A DNA stretch of 64,000 bases, from NCBI GenBank assembly GCA_039586795.1, contig JBDHJS010000004.1, positions 1-64,000 of the forward strand. Direction: 5' to 3'. The stretch's first letter is position 1. Every line of letters begins with the position of its first letter. A program made the position numbers and the translations under genes. The notes beneath the pieces were generated by a model. The model was given only the letters and a program-made list of their open reading frames with translations. It did no database searches and was not told the origin of the DNA. Source of the stretch: Gemmatimonadota bacterium. Its GTDB lineage: Bacteria > Gemmatimonadota > Gemmatimonadetes > Palauibacterales > KS3-K002. Shown here piece after piece: positions 28,114-38,317 of this stretch.

Positions 28114-28449
28114 ATGTCGGATAGGAACAATGCCGTCGTCATCTTGGTAACAGCACCGAACGCTGAAGTCGCGGGAAAGATCGGCTGGACGCTAGTCGAA
28201 GAGCGACTGGCCGCCTGCGTCAACATCGCGCCGAACTTGCGCTCAATCTACCGATGGCAGGGAGAAGTGCAGGATGATCCTGAGGTGCTGATGTTCATCA
28301 AGGCGCGCCGGGACGATATCGATTCGCTAATTGCCAGGGTCGAGCGGCTTCATCCGTATAAGGTGCCCGAGATCATAGCGCTGGAGATAACGGCGGGTCT
28401 CGGAAACTACCTCGACTGGATTATGACGGAAACCGAACGCGACGGATGA
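28114..28449 (+). CDS. cutA: Divalent-cation tolerance protein CutA
   Basis: LVEERLAACVN, SIYRWQG, HPYKVPEI. Confidence 0.93.
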   Translation: MSDRNNAVVILVTAPNAEVAGKIGWTLVEERLAACVNIAPNLRSIYRWQGEVQDDPEVLMFIKARRDDIDSLIARVERLHPYKVPEIIALEITAGLGNYLDWIMTETERDG

Positions 28450-29105
28450 CGGGGCCGGGTAGAGAGCCATCAGTTGTCGATGGAGGCACGCCTGCGGGCG
28501 GAGACCTGTACAGTCGGGCTAAGAAGCTAGCGAGTGACGGGTCGATCGAAGAGGCGGCTGCACTGTATAGAAAGTTGCTCTCGGTCGAACCCAACCACCT
28601 CCGGGCTCGTAACAACCTCGGTGTGCTGTACGATCAGCTGGGGAACTACGAGGAGGCGTTGACGGAGTATCGGGCGGCGGAAGAACTCGATCCCGATGAT
28701 ACACGGCTGCAATGTAATACGGCCGCCGTCCTGGCTTCGCTGGGCCGATACCGTGAGGCGGAGGTGAAGCTGGCCGCGGCGCTACATGCCGACCCGAAGA
28801 ACGCCGACGCTCGTGAGAATCTCGGCCTCGTGTACTTCAAGAAGGGACTGAACCTGGAGGCGGCGGAAGAGCTGAGGCGAGCGGTCGAGATCGACCCCGA
28901 GCGAGCCAGCGCCTATTTGTATTTGGGAGAAGCTCTGAATCGCCTCGAGGATCTCAAGGGAGCGATGAGCGCGCTCAAGCAGTCCATCGAACTGCAACCG
29001 AGCCCTAGGGCTTGCTACGCGTTGGGGATCGTTTACGACCGTCTGCACGAAAGAGAGATGGCGGACGAGATGTATCGAAAGGCCGAGGATTTGGGCGGAT
29101 GGTGA
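28446..29105 (+). CDS. TPR protein
   Basis: Repeated NLG..A..A...P motifs. Confidence 0.85.
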   Translation: MTGPGREPSVVDGGTPAGGDLYSRAKKLASDGSIEEAAALYRKLLSVEPNHLRARNNLGVLYDQLGNYEEALTEYRAAEELDPDDTRLQCNTAAVLASLGRYREAEVKLAAALHADPKNADARENLGLVYFKKGLNLEAAEELRRAVEIDPERASAYLYLGEALNRLEDLKGAMSALKQSIELQPSPRACYALGIVYDRLHEREMADEMYRKAEDLGGW

Positions 29106-30658
29106 ACGTGAGACGCCGTCGACGTGTTATCGGCGTGGGCATACTGGTTGTCTGGATCGCGGTGCTGGCCTGGCACGCGAGACGTGAATACTTCCGGCCG
29201 ATGGCCGTGCGTCTCGCGGAGGCTTCGGCGAATCTCGTGCCGGCGGCATCGTACTACAGCGTAAAGCTCGGTGACGCCACTATTGGCTACGCGGCTTCGC
29301 AGATCGATACGGTCGACCACGGTTTCGTGCTGCTGGACGATCTGCGTTTGCGGCTGGCGGCATTCGGAAGCAATGCTCCGGCCAGCGCTCGAACGCGGAT
29401 AAGTCTGGGCGAGCGCCTGGAGCTCATCGACTTCGAGTTCAGCCTGCGCTCCGACTTCGGCGACTTCGAGGTAGGCGGCGTGATGTTGGGAGATAGCACG
29501 CTGGACCTCGCGATCAATGCGGGTGGCGATGAGCAGGTGATGAGCATGCCGACGGGCGGTCCGGTACTGCTGCCGCAGGTCATGCCGATGTACTTCGCGC
29601 TGGGGGAGGAGCCGCGGCCCGGACAGACGTATTCGTTCGAGATCTTCGACCCGAGCATCCTCGAACGCCAGGCCGTCACCGTCGAGCTGATTGGCAAAGA
29701 GACGATGGTCTATCCGGATAGCGCAGCCTACGACTCCATCTTAGGCGGTTGGGTGCCCGCGCTCTGGGATACGGTAGAGACGTGGCACGTGAGACAGGGC
29801 TTCAGCGGTCTCGAGCTGGAGGCGTGGCTCGACCCGGATGGCCGGGTCGTGCGGGCGACGAGCCCGCTTGGCTACACGATCGAGCGCACGGCGTTCGAGA
29901 TCGCCTGGAACGAATACCGGGCGCTGGACGCAGCGCCTGCCGCGACGACCGGGTCGGACATTCCGGACATCATCGAGAACACAGCGATATCCGTCGGTGT
30001 CGACTTGCCGGATGGCGATCATCTGGTCGGTCTGACCGTCCGTTTGCTCAACGTGGATCTAGAAGGCTTCGATCTTCAGGGTGAACGCCAGCTTCTGAGG
30101 GGCGACACACTAGTCGTGGCCGGGGAACGGGAGCTTCCAGAAACCGATTACGTTCTACCGGCCAGCCCAGACGAGTTCGCAGAGACGCTGCAATCGACGC
30201 CCCTTATTCAGGTCGAGGATCCTGAGATCAGGCGAACGTCGGAGCAGGTGCTCGGGGGTATCGAAGACCCGGCGGCCGCCGCGACGAGGCTGGCGGACTG
30301 GGTCTACCAGACCCTGGACAAAGAGATCACGCTGAGCGTGCCGAGCGCCAGGCAGGTTCTGGAGGCCGGTAGCGGCGACTGCAACGAACATACGGTGTTG
30401 TACGTGGCGTTGGCGCGGGCGGCCGGGCTGCCGGCGCGAACGGCGGCCGGGTTGGTGTATGTTCGCGATCGTTTCTACTACCACGCGTGGCCCGAGGTGT
30501 GGCTCGGCCGCTGGGTTCCAGTGGATCCGACTCTGGGCCAGGTGCCAGCGGATGCGTCTCATCTTCGTTTTGTGGTAGGTGGCTTGGCCAGGCAGGTGGA
30601 ACTGGTCCGTCTGATCGGCCTACTACAGCTAGACGTGGTATCAGTGGAGGAAAGGTGA
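29099..30658 (+). CDS. Membrane-anchored transglutaminase-like protein
   Basis: N-terminal TM helix; GDCNEH, YHAWPEV, VDPT (Cys-His-Asp). Confidence 0.85.
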   Translation: MVNVRRRRRVIGVGILVVWIAVLAWHARREYFRPMAVRLAEASANLVPAASYYSVKLGDATIGYAASQIDTVDHGFVLLDDLRLRLAAFGSNAPASARTRISLGERLELIDFEFSLRSDFGDFEVGGVMLGDSTLDLAINAGGDEQVMSMPTGGPVLLPQVMPMYFALGEEPRPGQTYSFEIFDPSILERQAVTVELIGKETMVYPDSAAYDSILGGWVPALWDTVETWHVRQGFSGLELEAWLDPDGRVVRATSPLGYTIERTAFEIAWNEYRALDAAPAATTGSDIPDIIENTAISVGVDLPDGDHLVGLTVRLLNVDLEGFDLQGERQLLRGDTLVVAGERELPETDYVLPASPDEFAETLQSTPLIQVEDPEIRRTSEQVLGGIEDPAAAATRLADWVYQTLDKEITLSVPSARQVLEAGSGDCNEHTVLYVALARAAGLPARTAAGLVYVRDRFYYHAWPEVWLGRWVPVDPTLGQVPADASHLRFVVGGLARQVELVRLIGLLQLDVVSVEER

Positions 30659-31413
30659 TACAGCTAAAAGGCCTGACAAAGAACTATGGCGAATTCGAGG
30701 CGCTGAAAGGCATCGACCTCTCCGTCCCGAGGGGGACGTTGTACGGGCTACTGGGCCCGAACGGAGCGGGGAAGACAACAGCGCTGCGAATCATCGCCGG
30801 CATATTGCAGCCGACCGGCGGTACAGCTGTGGTAGGAGGATTTGACGTCGTGACGGCTCCAGAGCGGGCGAAGAGCAAGCTCGGGTTCATCCCGGACCGG
30901 CCGTTCATATACGAGAAGCTCACTGGCGCGGAATTCTTGAGGTTCGTCGCCGGGCTCTATGGTCAGAACGGCGCCGATCTAGAACACCGCATCGACGAGT
31001 TGATGAATGTCTGGGAGCTGACCGCCTGGCGCGATGAGCTCCTGGAGGCCTACAGCCATGGCATGAAGCAAAAGCTCATCATTTCTTCCGCGCTCATTCA
31101 CAAACCCGAAGTGATCGTCGTGGACGAGCCGCTGGTGGGTCTGGACCCTAAGGCGGCCCGGCTGTTGAAGGATATCTTCCGCGGGTTTGTCGACCGCGGC
31201 GGTACGATACTGATGTCGACCCATACGCTGGAAGTTGCGGAAGCACTGTGCGACCGAATCGCGATCATTCAGGCAGGTGCGATTCGGGCGGAAGGTACGA
31301 TGGATGATCTGCGAGAGGAGGCGGAAAGCGGCGACGCCAGGTTGGAGGAGATCTTCCTCAAGCTGACCGGCGGACACGAGGTACAGGAGCTGCTGGAGGT
31401 TCTCGGCGGATGA
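30655..31413 (+). CDS. ABC transporter ATP-binding protein
   Basis: GPNGAGKT, YSHGM, DEP, STH. Confidence 0.95.
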   Translation: MIQLKGLTKNYGEFEALKGIDLSVPRGTLYGLLGPNGAGKTTALRIIAGILQPTGGTAVVGGFDVVTAPERAKSKLGFIPDRPFIYEKLTGAEFLRFVAGLYGQNGADLEHRIDELMNVWELTAWRDELLEAYSHGMKQKLIISSALIHKPEVIVVDEPLVGLDPKAARLLKDIFRGFVDRGGTILMSTHTLEVAEALCDRIAIIQAGAIRAEGTMDDLREEAESGDARLEEIFLKLTGGHEVQELLEVLGG

Positions 31414-33104
31414 CCGTCCCGTCCGTAAGCGTGTGGCATGTCCTCGGGCCGAAGCGCATCACAGCGCGCAGACGTCTGGGTCGACAGAGTGCTGGCGGCG
31501 GCAAGATGGCGTCGATCCTCCTGGTTGGCGCACTTTTCTGGATGGCCGCGTACGGCATCCTGTACCGGATTCTCAGCTACTTTCAGGGTGTCGAGGACAT
31601 CGGCGATCTGCTGGCCGCAAAGTTGCTCGGCCTCATTCTTCTAACGTTCCTCAGCGTGCTGTTGCTGTCCAATGTGATCACCGCCCTGTCGACATTCTTC
31701 CTTTCGCGCGATCTCGAGTTGTTGATGGCGGTGCCCACAGATACCACGCAGATCTACCTGACGAAGCTAACGGAGACCGTTCTGCACTCGAGCTGGATGG
31801 TCGCGCTCATCTGCGTGCCGATACTCGTCGCATACGGGACGGTGTACGATGGCGGGTTGCTGTTCGTGCTGGTGGCGGTCGCCGCTCTGGCGCCGTTCTT
31901 CTTGATCGTGTCTGCGGTCGGGTCGGCGATCACGCTGCTGCTGGTCTCGATCTTCCCGGCACGTAGAGCCAAAGACATCTTCGGCGTGATCACGGTGGCC
32001 GCGGCCGGTGGGGTCGTGCTGTTGATTCGGCTTCTGCGGCCGGAGAGTCTGGCGAAGCCCGAGGGTTTCCGGAACCTGGGTGAGTTCATGGCGGTGTTGC
32101 GGGGGCCGACCTCGCCGTGGCTACCCAGCGAGTGGGCGAACGACGCCATAGTGGGAAGCCTGCAGTCAAGCTTCGATCCCTTCCCGCTGTTCCTTTTATG
32201 GAGTAGCGCCCTTGCGATGATCGTGCTTGGAGCGATTGTGCACGATCGCTATTACCCTTCGGCGTTCACTCGTTCGCAGGAGGGAGCTCAGAAGCATACA
32301 GCCGGGCACAGGTTTGGGCTGTCGATGCGCTTTCTGTTCCAGCGATTGGGTGTGATTCGATCGGAGTTGATGCTGAAGGACATCCGCGTGTTCTTCCGCG
32401 ACACGACGCAGTGGTCGCAGCTGATTCTGCTGTCGGTGCTGGTCGTCGTTTACATCTACAACATCCGGGCGCTCCCGCTTCGCACCGACGGAGTGTCGAA
32501 CCTGTTTGCGAACGTCGTGTCGTTCGTGAACATAGGGTTGGCCGGGTTCGTCCTTTCGGCGATCGCCGCGCGCTTCGTTCTTCCAGGTGTCAGTTTGGAA
32601 GGTCCAACGCTGTGGTTGTTGCGTTCGAGCCCGCTACGCGCACGCGATCTATTGTGGAGCAAGTACTGGGTGGGCACGGCGCCGTTGCTCGTCATGGCGT
32701 TCGTGCTGACGCTGGGCACCAACCTGTTGCTCAAGGTGGGGCCAGCGATGATGGCGCTGTCGCTGGTAACGACAGCAGCGATCACGTTCGCGCTGTCCGC
32801 GTTGGCCCTGGCGTTCGGAACGATGTTTCCGCAGTTCGAGACTGAGAACATGGCTCAGATTCCTACCAGCGTCGGTGGGCTGCTGTTCATGATGTCGGCT
32901 ATCGCATTGGTCGGCGTGGTGCTGGTGCTGGAGTCCTGGCCGGTGCTGACGATCGTCCGTCACCGTTTTACCGGCGCACCCTTGGCGAACGAGGCTCTGG
33001 TCATGCTGGTTGGCGGTGGGCTGGCCGCGTTGCTGATCTGCGTGCTGGCAACGGTCATCCCGCTGCGGATCGCGCTCAGGCGTATCGAGGCCTTCGAAGT
33101 CTGA
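31410..33104 (+). CDS. ABC exporter permease (duplicated ABC-2-like)
   Basis: Many TM helices in two halves, overlaps the ATPase gene. Confidence 0.85.
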   Translation: MTVPSVSVWHVLGPKRITARRRLGRQSAGGGKMASILLVGALFWMAAYGILYRILSYFQGVEDIGDLLAAKLLGLILLTFLSVLLLSNVITALSTFFLSRDLELLMAVPTDTTQIYLTKLTETVLHSSWMVALICVPILVAYGTVYDGGLLFVLVAVAALAPFFLIVSAVGSAITLLLVSIFPARRAKDIFGVITVAAAGGVVLLIRLLRPESLAKPEGFRNLGEFMAVLRGPTSPWLPSEWANDAIVGSLQSSFDPFPLFLLWSSALAMIVLGAIVHDRYYPSAFTRSQEGAQKHTAGHRFGLSMRFLFQRLGVIRSELMLKDIRVFFRDTTQWSQLILLSVLVVVYIYNIRALPLRTDGVSNLFANVVSFVNIGLAGFVLSAIAARFVLPGVSLEGPTLWLLRSSPLRARDLLWSKYWVGTAPLLVMAFVLTLGTNLLLKVGPAMMALSLVTTAAITFALSALALAFGTMFPQFETENMAQIPTSVGGLLFMMSAIALVGVVLVLESWPVLTIVRHRFTGAPLANEALVMLVGGGLAALLICVLATVIPLRIALRRIEAFEV

Positions 33105-33110
33105 CCTCGC

Positions 33111-34073
33111 TCAGGTTTCCCCGCGTTCGAGCAGTCCCTCGACGTTGAGACGTTCCCCAGAAAACTCGATCCAGCCACGCACGCGGTAGAGTGCGTTGTA
33201 CGGCTTCGGTCCCTCTTCCGTCGTGAACTCGTTGAACAGGCGCTCAGCAGCGGTCAACTCGCAGCGGATTTCGGGCTCCGGGATTCGGAACCAGATACGG
33301 ATCGGCACGTTGCGTCTCAGCTGCGCCGAGTTCGCGACCTCCACAGTTCGCGTTTCTAGTACGGTCCAGCGGCGCGTAAGACCCTCGGCGTACATCCAGG
33401 CGAACGGATCGCCGTAGACACCGGGGTCGCTCGTGTGGAACAGGACGATGAGCGCGCCATCCTCAGAACGCAGGATCACCCGTGTGTAGTCGCCGTACAC
33501 AGCGGGTAGCTCGGGATCGGGCAGGGCGAAGCGGTGCCCCACGGCAATCCCGGCCAGCCGCGTGCCGCGCTCCTCGAACGTTGCCTCCCTGATCTCGTGC
33601 CAGGTTCCCATACGGTCTTCCCAGGCGTCGAGGTGCCGGCCCAGATCCAACCTGTACTCGGATGAGCCCGACTGGAGGATCAGATCGTCGGGGTCCCCAT
33701 CCGCGTTCACCGTAAGTCTCATGGAGTCGGTGGGGAACAGGCGCCACGGAGCACGGATCGGCCCGTCATCCGTCTCGACGTCGAGGATTCGACGCCAGGT
33801 GGAACGATCCAAGCGCCAGGCCTGGTAACGACGCCCGAGCGAGTTCGCCGTGGCCCGGTTGGCGAACTGCATGATCACCGCGCGGGTACGTGTCGGCTCG
33901 AAGACGAGTAATTGCAGGCTCGTCGTGTACTCCGTTGCAGAGACGTTCGGTGATACGGAGAGATCGTCGAGGACGTTTTCTCTATCGCTGGCGGGTGCTT
34001 CACCGCTTCTGTCGGAGCCGCAGGAAGTCAGGCAGATCACCGCGGCGGTAAGCAGATACGTCGGTCTTTTCAT
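33111..34073 (-). CDS. Hypothetical lipoprotein
   Basis: MKRPTYLLTAAVICLTSC lipobox. Confidence 0.65.
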   Translation of the reverse strand: MKRPTYLLTAAVICLTSCGSDRSGEAPASDRENVLDDLSVSPNVSATEYTTSLQLLVFEPTRTRAVIMQFANRATANSLGRRYQAWRLDRSTWRRILDVETDDGPIRAPWRLFPTDSMRLTVNADGDPDDLILQSGSSEYRLDLGRHLDAWEDRMGTWHEIREATFEERGTRLAGIAVGHRFALPDPELPAVYGDYTRVILRSEDGALIVLFHTSDPGVYGDPFAWMYAEGLTRRWTVLETRTVEVANSAQLRRNVPIRIWFRIPEPEIRCELTAAERLFNEFTTEEGPKPYNALYRVRGWIEFSGERLNVEGLLERGET

Positions 34074-34094
34074 GCGGGGAAAGCTAGCTGGGAT

Positions 34095-34144
34095 GACGGT
34101 CAGGCGGTAGACGGTCGGCGGTGGACGGTAGACGGTGAGCGCTG
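34095..34144. repeat. Degenerate 7-nt tandem repeat (GRCGGTN)
   Basis: gacggtc a ggcggta gacggtc ggcggtg gacggta gacggtg. Confidence 0.8.
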
Positions 34145-34209
34145 GCGGGTCTATTTTGGGCGACGTTTGGTCCTGACCTCCAACGTCAATCACGGGCAGG
34201 AGTGATGAG

Positions 34210-35517
34210 TTGAGCGCTGACCGCGTACCACTCTACAAGTTGATCTTCGCCAAGATCCGGGCCATCAAGCTCCACACGCAGATACTGATCGGTCTTGTTC
34301 TCGGTGCCATCCTCGGCCCGCTGATGGGCGATTTTGCCGTCCAGATCAAGCCGATCGGCGATGCGTTCATCAACCTGCTGGTCATGATCGTCGTGCCGCT
34401 GGTCATGGCGTCGTTGATCGTGGGGACCGCGAGCCTGGGCGACCTGCGCAAGCTCGGGCGCATTGGGGTGAAGACGGTCGGCTTCTATCTGGTCGCTACG
34501 GCGCTGGCCGTGGCGCTGGGTTTGGTGGCGGCGCAGACGTTACATCCAGGTGCGGGGCTCGATGAGGACGTCAAGGCTCGAATGCTGAGCGACTACGCCG
34601 GCGTGACGGCAGAGCAACTGGAGAGCCTCTCGGAGAAACCGTCGATCGGCGACCTGCTGGTCAGGATCATCCCGAGGAACCCTTTCCGGGCGATGGTCGA
34701 GACCAATTTTCTGCAGATCATTTTCTTCTCTATCCTCTTCGGGATATCACTAACGGTGTTGCCTGAAGGGAGGCGAAAACCGGTCCTCGATGTGCTGAAC
34801 GGAATCAACGACGCGATGATCGTGCTCGTGAAGCTCGTGATGAAGGTCGCGCCGCTGGGGGTATTCGCGTTGATCGCTGCCGTCGCCGCGCAGTTCGGTT
34901 ATGGCGTGCTGCTCACTTTGCTGAGATATGTGCTGATTACCATCGGGGCGATGGCTGTGTTCACGGTGACGTTTTACCCCGTGGCGCTTCGGATCTCCGG
35001 GATGCCGCCGACGTATTTCCTCAAGAGGTTCTATGAGGTGTTCGTCTTCGCATTCTCCACATCCTCGAGCAACGCGACGCTGCCGTTGAACCTCCAGGTC
35101 TCGGAGGAGGATCTCGGCGTTTCGAACCAGGTTGCATCGTTCGTTCTGCCTCTCGGTGCCACTATCAATATGAACGGGACGGCGATCTACCAGGGCGTGA
35201 GCACCGTGTTCATCGCCGAGGTATTTGGTATTTCGCTCGGTCCGGTGGATCTCTTGACGATCGTGCTTACGGCCACGCTGGCCTCCATCGGTGCCGCTGG
35301 TGTTCCCGGCATCGGCATGGTCACGTTGACGATCGTTCTCAATCAACTGGGAATCCCACTCGAGGGCATCGCGTTGGTGGTCGGGGTCGAGCGCATACTC
35401 GACATGACACGCACCGCGGTGAACGTCACCGGCGACACGGTCTGTGCCATTTGGGTCGCGCGAAGCGAGGGAGAGTTGGAGATTCCGGCGGAAGCTGTGG
35501 CGGAGGTGGCGACTTAG
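34210..35517 (+). CDS. Dicarboxylate/amino acid:cation symporter (DAACS)
   Basis: FSTSSSNATLP, GATINMNGT, GAAGVPG, RTAVNVTGD. Confidence 0.93.
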   Translation: MSADRVPLYKLIFAKIRAIKLHTQILIGLVLGAILGPLMGDFAVQIKPIGDAFINLLVMIVVPLVMASLIVGTASLGDLRKLGRIGVKTVGFYLVATALAVALGLVAAQTLHPGAGLDEDVKARMLSDYAGVTAEQLESLSEKPSIGDLLVRIIPRNPFRAMVETNFLQIIFFSILFGISLTVLPEGRRKPVLDVLNGINDAMIVLVKLVMKVAPLGVFALIAAVAAQFGYGVLLTLLRYVLITIGAMAVFTVTFYPVALRISGMPPTYFLKRFYEVFVFAFSTSSSNATLPLNLQVSEEDLGVSNQVASFVLPLGATINMNGTAIYQGVSTVFIAEVFGISLGPVDLLTIVLTATLASIGAAGVPGIGMVTLTIVLNQLGIPLEGIALVVGVERILDMTRTAVNVTGDTVCAIWVARSEGELEIPAEAVAEVAT

Positions 35518-35529
35518 GTCGTTGGCGTG

Positions 35530-35910
35530 CTAAGTGACGCCAAGCCGCCGGTCGAGATCGCGGAAGAACCGCGATATGCGTCTGGTGTTGGCCCCCAGAT
35601 CCCCTTTCCCGACCCGGGAGTGTGACCACATATCGACCCGCGTGAGCGCATTCTGATCCAACTTCACCTTTATCCGCACATCGTCGATTAGGTGGAAGAC
35701 CGGGACGGTGGCCTCGAAGCCGATCATCCCCTTGTCCTCGTTGGCGCGTACCAGGTTCCACCGACTGTTCTCCTTGATCATGAGGATGATCTCGTCCCAA
35801 ACCGTAGCGAAGGGCACCATGTAAGTGCGCCCTAGTAAACGAGGGTCCTCGGCGTTCTCGCTGGTCTGTGCGGAGTTCTCGCTGAGTGCCTGAACGATGC
35901 GTCTCTTCAT
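35530..35910 (-). CDS. DUF1499-like protein
   Basis: DDV..SRVGKGDLGANTRRI. Confidence 0.75.
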   Translation of the reverse strand: MKRRIVQALSENSAQTSENAEDPRLLGRTYMVPFATVWDEIILMIKENSRWNLVRANEDKGMIGFEATVPVFHLIDDVRIKVKLDQNALTRVDMWSHSRVGKGDLGANTRRISRFFRDLDRRLGVT

Positions 35911-36065
35911 CCCGTAGCCTGGTTTGAAGCTTCTGGTGGCGCCGACTGATCATGCGTGTGGCGCGGCGCTTCTGCAAGACCGTGCCCCGATCTTCCGGTC
36001 GGCTGAATATGGCTTAGTTTCTTGCACGGTTCGAAGCACAGGTCGGTTAAACGAAAGGGGACAGG

Positions 36066-37058
36066 GTGAAAGTCATTATCCCGCTTGCGGGAAAGGGCAC
36101 GCGGTTGAGGCCTCAAACGCACACGGTACCGAAGCCGCTGCTTGAGGTCGCTGGCAAGGCTGTTCTGGACTACGTGGTGGAGGATCTGATAGACCGGCTA
36201 GATGTTGAGCAGTTGATCTTCATTACCGGCCACCTGAAGGAACAGGTCGAAGCCCACGTAAAGGCGAACTACACTGTCCCCTCGGTCTTCATTGAGCAGG
36301 TCGTGCAGGATGGGACGGCAGGCGCTGTGAAACTCGCGCAACCGCACGTCGACGGGCCCGTGCTGATCGTCTTCGTTGACACGCTGTTCGATGCCGACCT
36401 GTCGGTGATCAAGGCCGATCCGACGGCCGACGGATTCATCTGGGCAAAGGAAGTGGAGGACTACCAGCGGTTCGGCGTCATTGTGGCGGACGAAAACGGC
36501 GTTATGCAGAGGATCGTGGAGAAGCCGAAGGAGCCGATCTCGCGTCTCGCAAACATCGGGCTTTACTACGTACGGAACCACGCTCTGCTTTTCGAGGGAA
36601 TAGACGATACGCTCGCCGCCGACCCCCAACAAGGCGAGTACTTTCTCACCGATGCTCTCCAGTACATGATCGACCAGGGTTCGCGCATCCAGGTTCTCGA
36701 GGTCGAAGGGTGGTATGACTGCGGGAAGCCGGAGACGCTGCTGGCAACGAGTCAGCATGTGCTGGAAAGCGGACGTGCGAGACAACCAGATGACTCGAGC
36801 GGCTCGCGCATCGTCGACCCGGTCCGAATCGAGAGCGGCGTCGAGGTGACGGACTCGGAAATCGGGCCGAACGTCTCAGTGGGCAAAGGTAGCCGCATCA
36901 TACGAAGCACACTGCGCGACTGCATCGTAGGGGAGGACGTGGTGATCGAGGACTGTGTTCTCAGCGACTCACTGGTGGGCCGGAGCGTCGAGCTTCATGG
37001 AGTTCACGGTGCCGTCATGCTGGGCGATCACTCCGTGGTGCAGGGTACCGAAGAATAG
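36066..37058 (+). CDS. Sugar-phosphate nucleotidyltransferase with C-terminal hexapeptide repeats
   Basis: LAGKGTRLRP..PKP, EKP, WYDCG. Confidence 0.92.
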   Translation: MKVIIPLAGKGTRLRPQTHTVPKPLLEVAGKAVLDYVVEDLIDRLDVEQLIFITGHLKEQVEAHVKANYTVPSVFIEQVVQDGTAGAVKLAQPHVDGPVLIVFVDTLFDADLSVIKADPTADGFIWAKEVEDYQRFGVIVADENGVMQRIVEKPKEPISRLANIGLYYVRNHALLFEGIDDTLAADPQQGEYFLTDALQYMIDQGSRIQVLEVEGWYDCGKPETLLATSQHVLESGRARQPDDSSGSRIVDPVRIESGVEVTDSEIGPNVSVGKGSRIIRSTLRDCIVGEDVVIEDCVLSDSLVGRSVELHGVHGAVMLGDHSVVQGTEE

Positions 37059-37060
37059 AG

Positions 37061-38263
37061 CTACGCTCTAAACTCTGCCACCGCGGCGAGCGTGTCGAAG
37101 AGTCTTAGGGCGCCGGCGGCGCCGTCCGAATCCACGAACCACTCCCGTTCTGTGTGCGTGTCACCAGACGCGCCGCCGCCACCGATGGCAATCGAGGGTA
37201 CGCCAAGCGCCATGGGGACATTAGCGTCGGTGGAAGCAGCAGAGAATTTGGGCGTCGAGCCGGCCTTTTTCGAAGCTTCGGTTGCGGCCTGTACAAGTGG
37301 ATGGGAGGTCGCCAGAATGCCTGCGGGGCGCTCCCCTATGATTTCGACGGTGACCGCCAGTTGGCCATCGCCGCGTGCCTCCTCGGCGGCGATCGCGGCG
37401 CGCAAGAGCTCTCTAAGGCGGGACTCGATTTGATCGATGACGTCAGCCGTTTCGGAGCGCAGGTCGAGTTCGACCCAGCTTTCGCCCGGGATGGCGTTGA
37501 TGCTCAAGCCGCCGCCCAGGCGAGCCACGGTGAGCGTGGTTCGAGGCTCTTTCGGCAGCTCCAGTCGGGTCAACCGATAGATGAACTCGCCGAGCGCGTT
37601 CGCGGGATTCGACCGGCCCCAGTCGGTCCACGAGTGGCCGCCGGCGCCGATCAGGGAGATGTGGAAACGGCGGCTGCCAAGCCCGCGGTGAATGATGCGG
37701 TTCAGCCCGCTACCGTCGACCGCGATGAAGGCGGTCGCATCGAGCAACGGACTACCATCGCGGAAGAGATGTTTCACACCGCGCAGATCCCCGCGTCCTT
37801 CTTCGCCGACGGTGAAGGCGAAGAGGATGGGGTGGCGTGGGTTTATGCCACCATGCGCGAGCGCGCGAAGGACCGAGAGCGCCACGGCGATCCCGCGCGC
37901 GTTGTCTGTGATGCCGGGGCCGACCCAGCGATCACCCTCGCGGCGGATATCGATCTTGGTGTCGGGACCGAACACGGTATCCATGTGGGTCGCGATGACG
38001 ATAGGCGATTCATGGAGCGTCGTACCTGATGGGAACACGGCTAGAAGATTACCGACGTCGTCCCACTGGGAAGTCACGTCTATGGAAGCCAGCCGGGACG
38101 CGATCGCTTCACCGCGAGTGCGTTCCTTGAACGGAGGCGATGGAACGGTTGCTAGCTCGACCTGTTCTTGCAGGATGGCGGTACCCTGGTCATCAAGCCA
38201 GGCGCGAGCGAGCTCGATTCCTGACGCAAAGCTACCGGGAGGTACATCCCGTTTTGAAGGCAT
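37061..38263 (-). CDS. M20/M25/M40 metallopeptidase
   Basis: HMDTV, DN, EEG, GGHS, STDAN, HT. Confidence 0.88.
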   Translation of the reverse strand: MPSKRDVPPGSFASGIELARAWLDDQGTAILQEQVELATVPSPPFKERTRGEAIASRLASIDVTSQWDDVGNLLAVFPSGTTLHESPIVIATHMDTVFGPDTKIDIRREGDRWVGPGITDNARGIAVALSVLRALAHGGINPRHPILFAFTVGEEGRGDLRGVKHLFRDGSPLLDATAFIAVDGSGLNRIIHRGLGSRRFHISLIGAGGHSWTDWGRSNPANALGEFIYRLTRLELPKEPRTTLTVARLGGGLSINAIPGESWVELDLRSETADVIDQIESRLRELLRAAIAAEEARGDGQLAVTVEIIGERPAGILATSHPLVQAATEASKKAGSTPKFSAASTDANVPMALGVPSIAIGGGGASGDTHTEREWFVDSDGAAGALRLFDTLAAVAEFRA

Positions 38264-38317
38264 GGACCGTAACATTGAAAGGGCCACCGGTGCTGTCAAC
38301 GCAAGGCAGAGGTCGTA

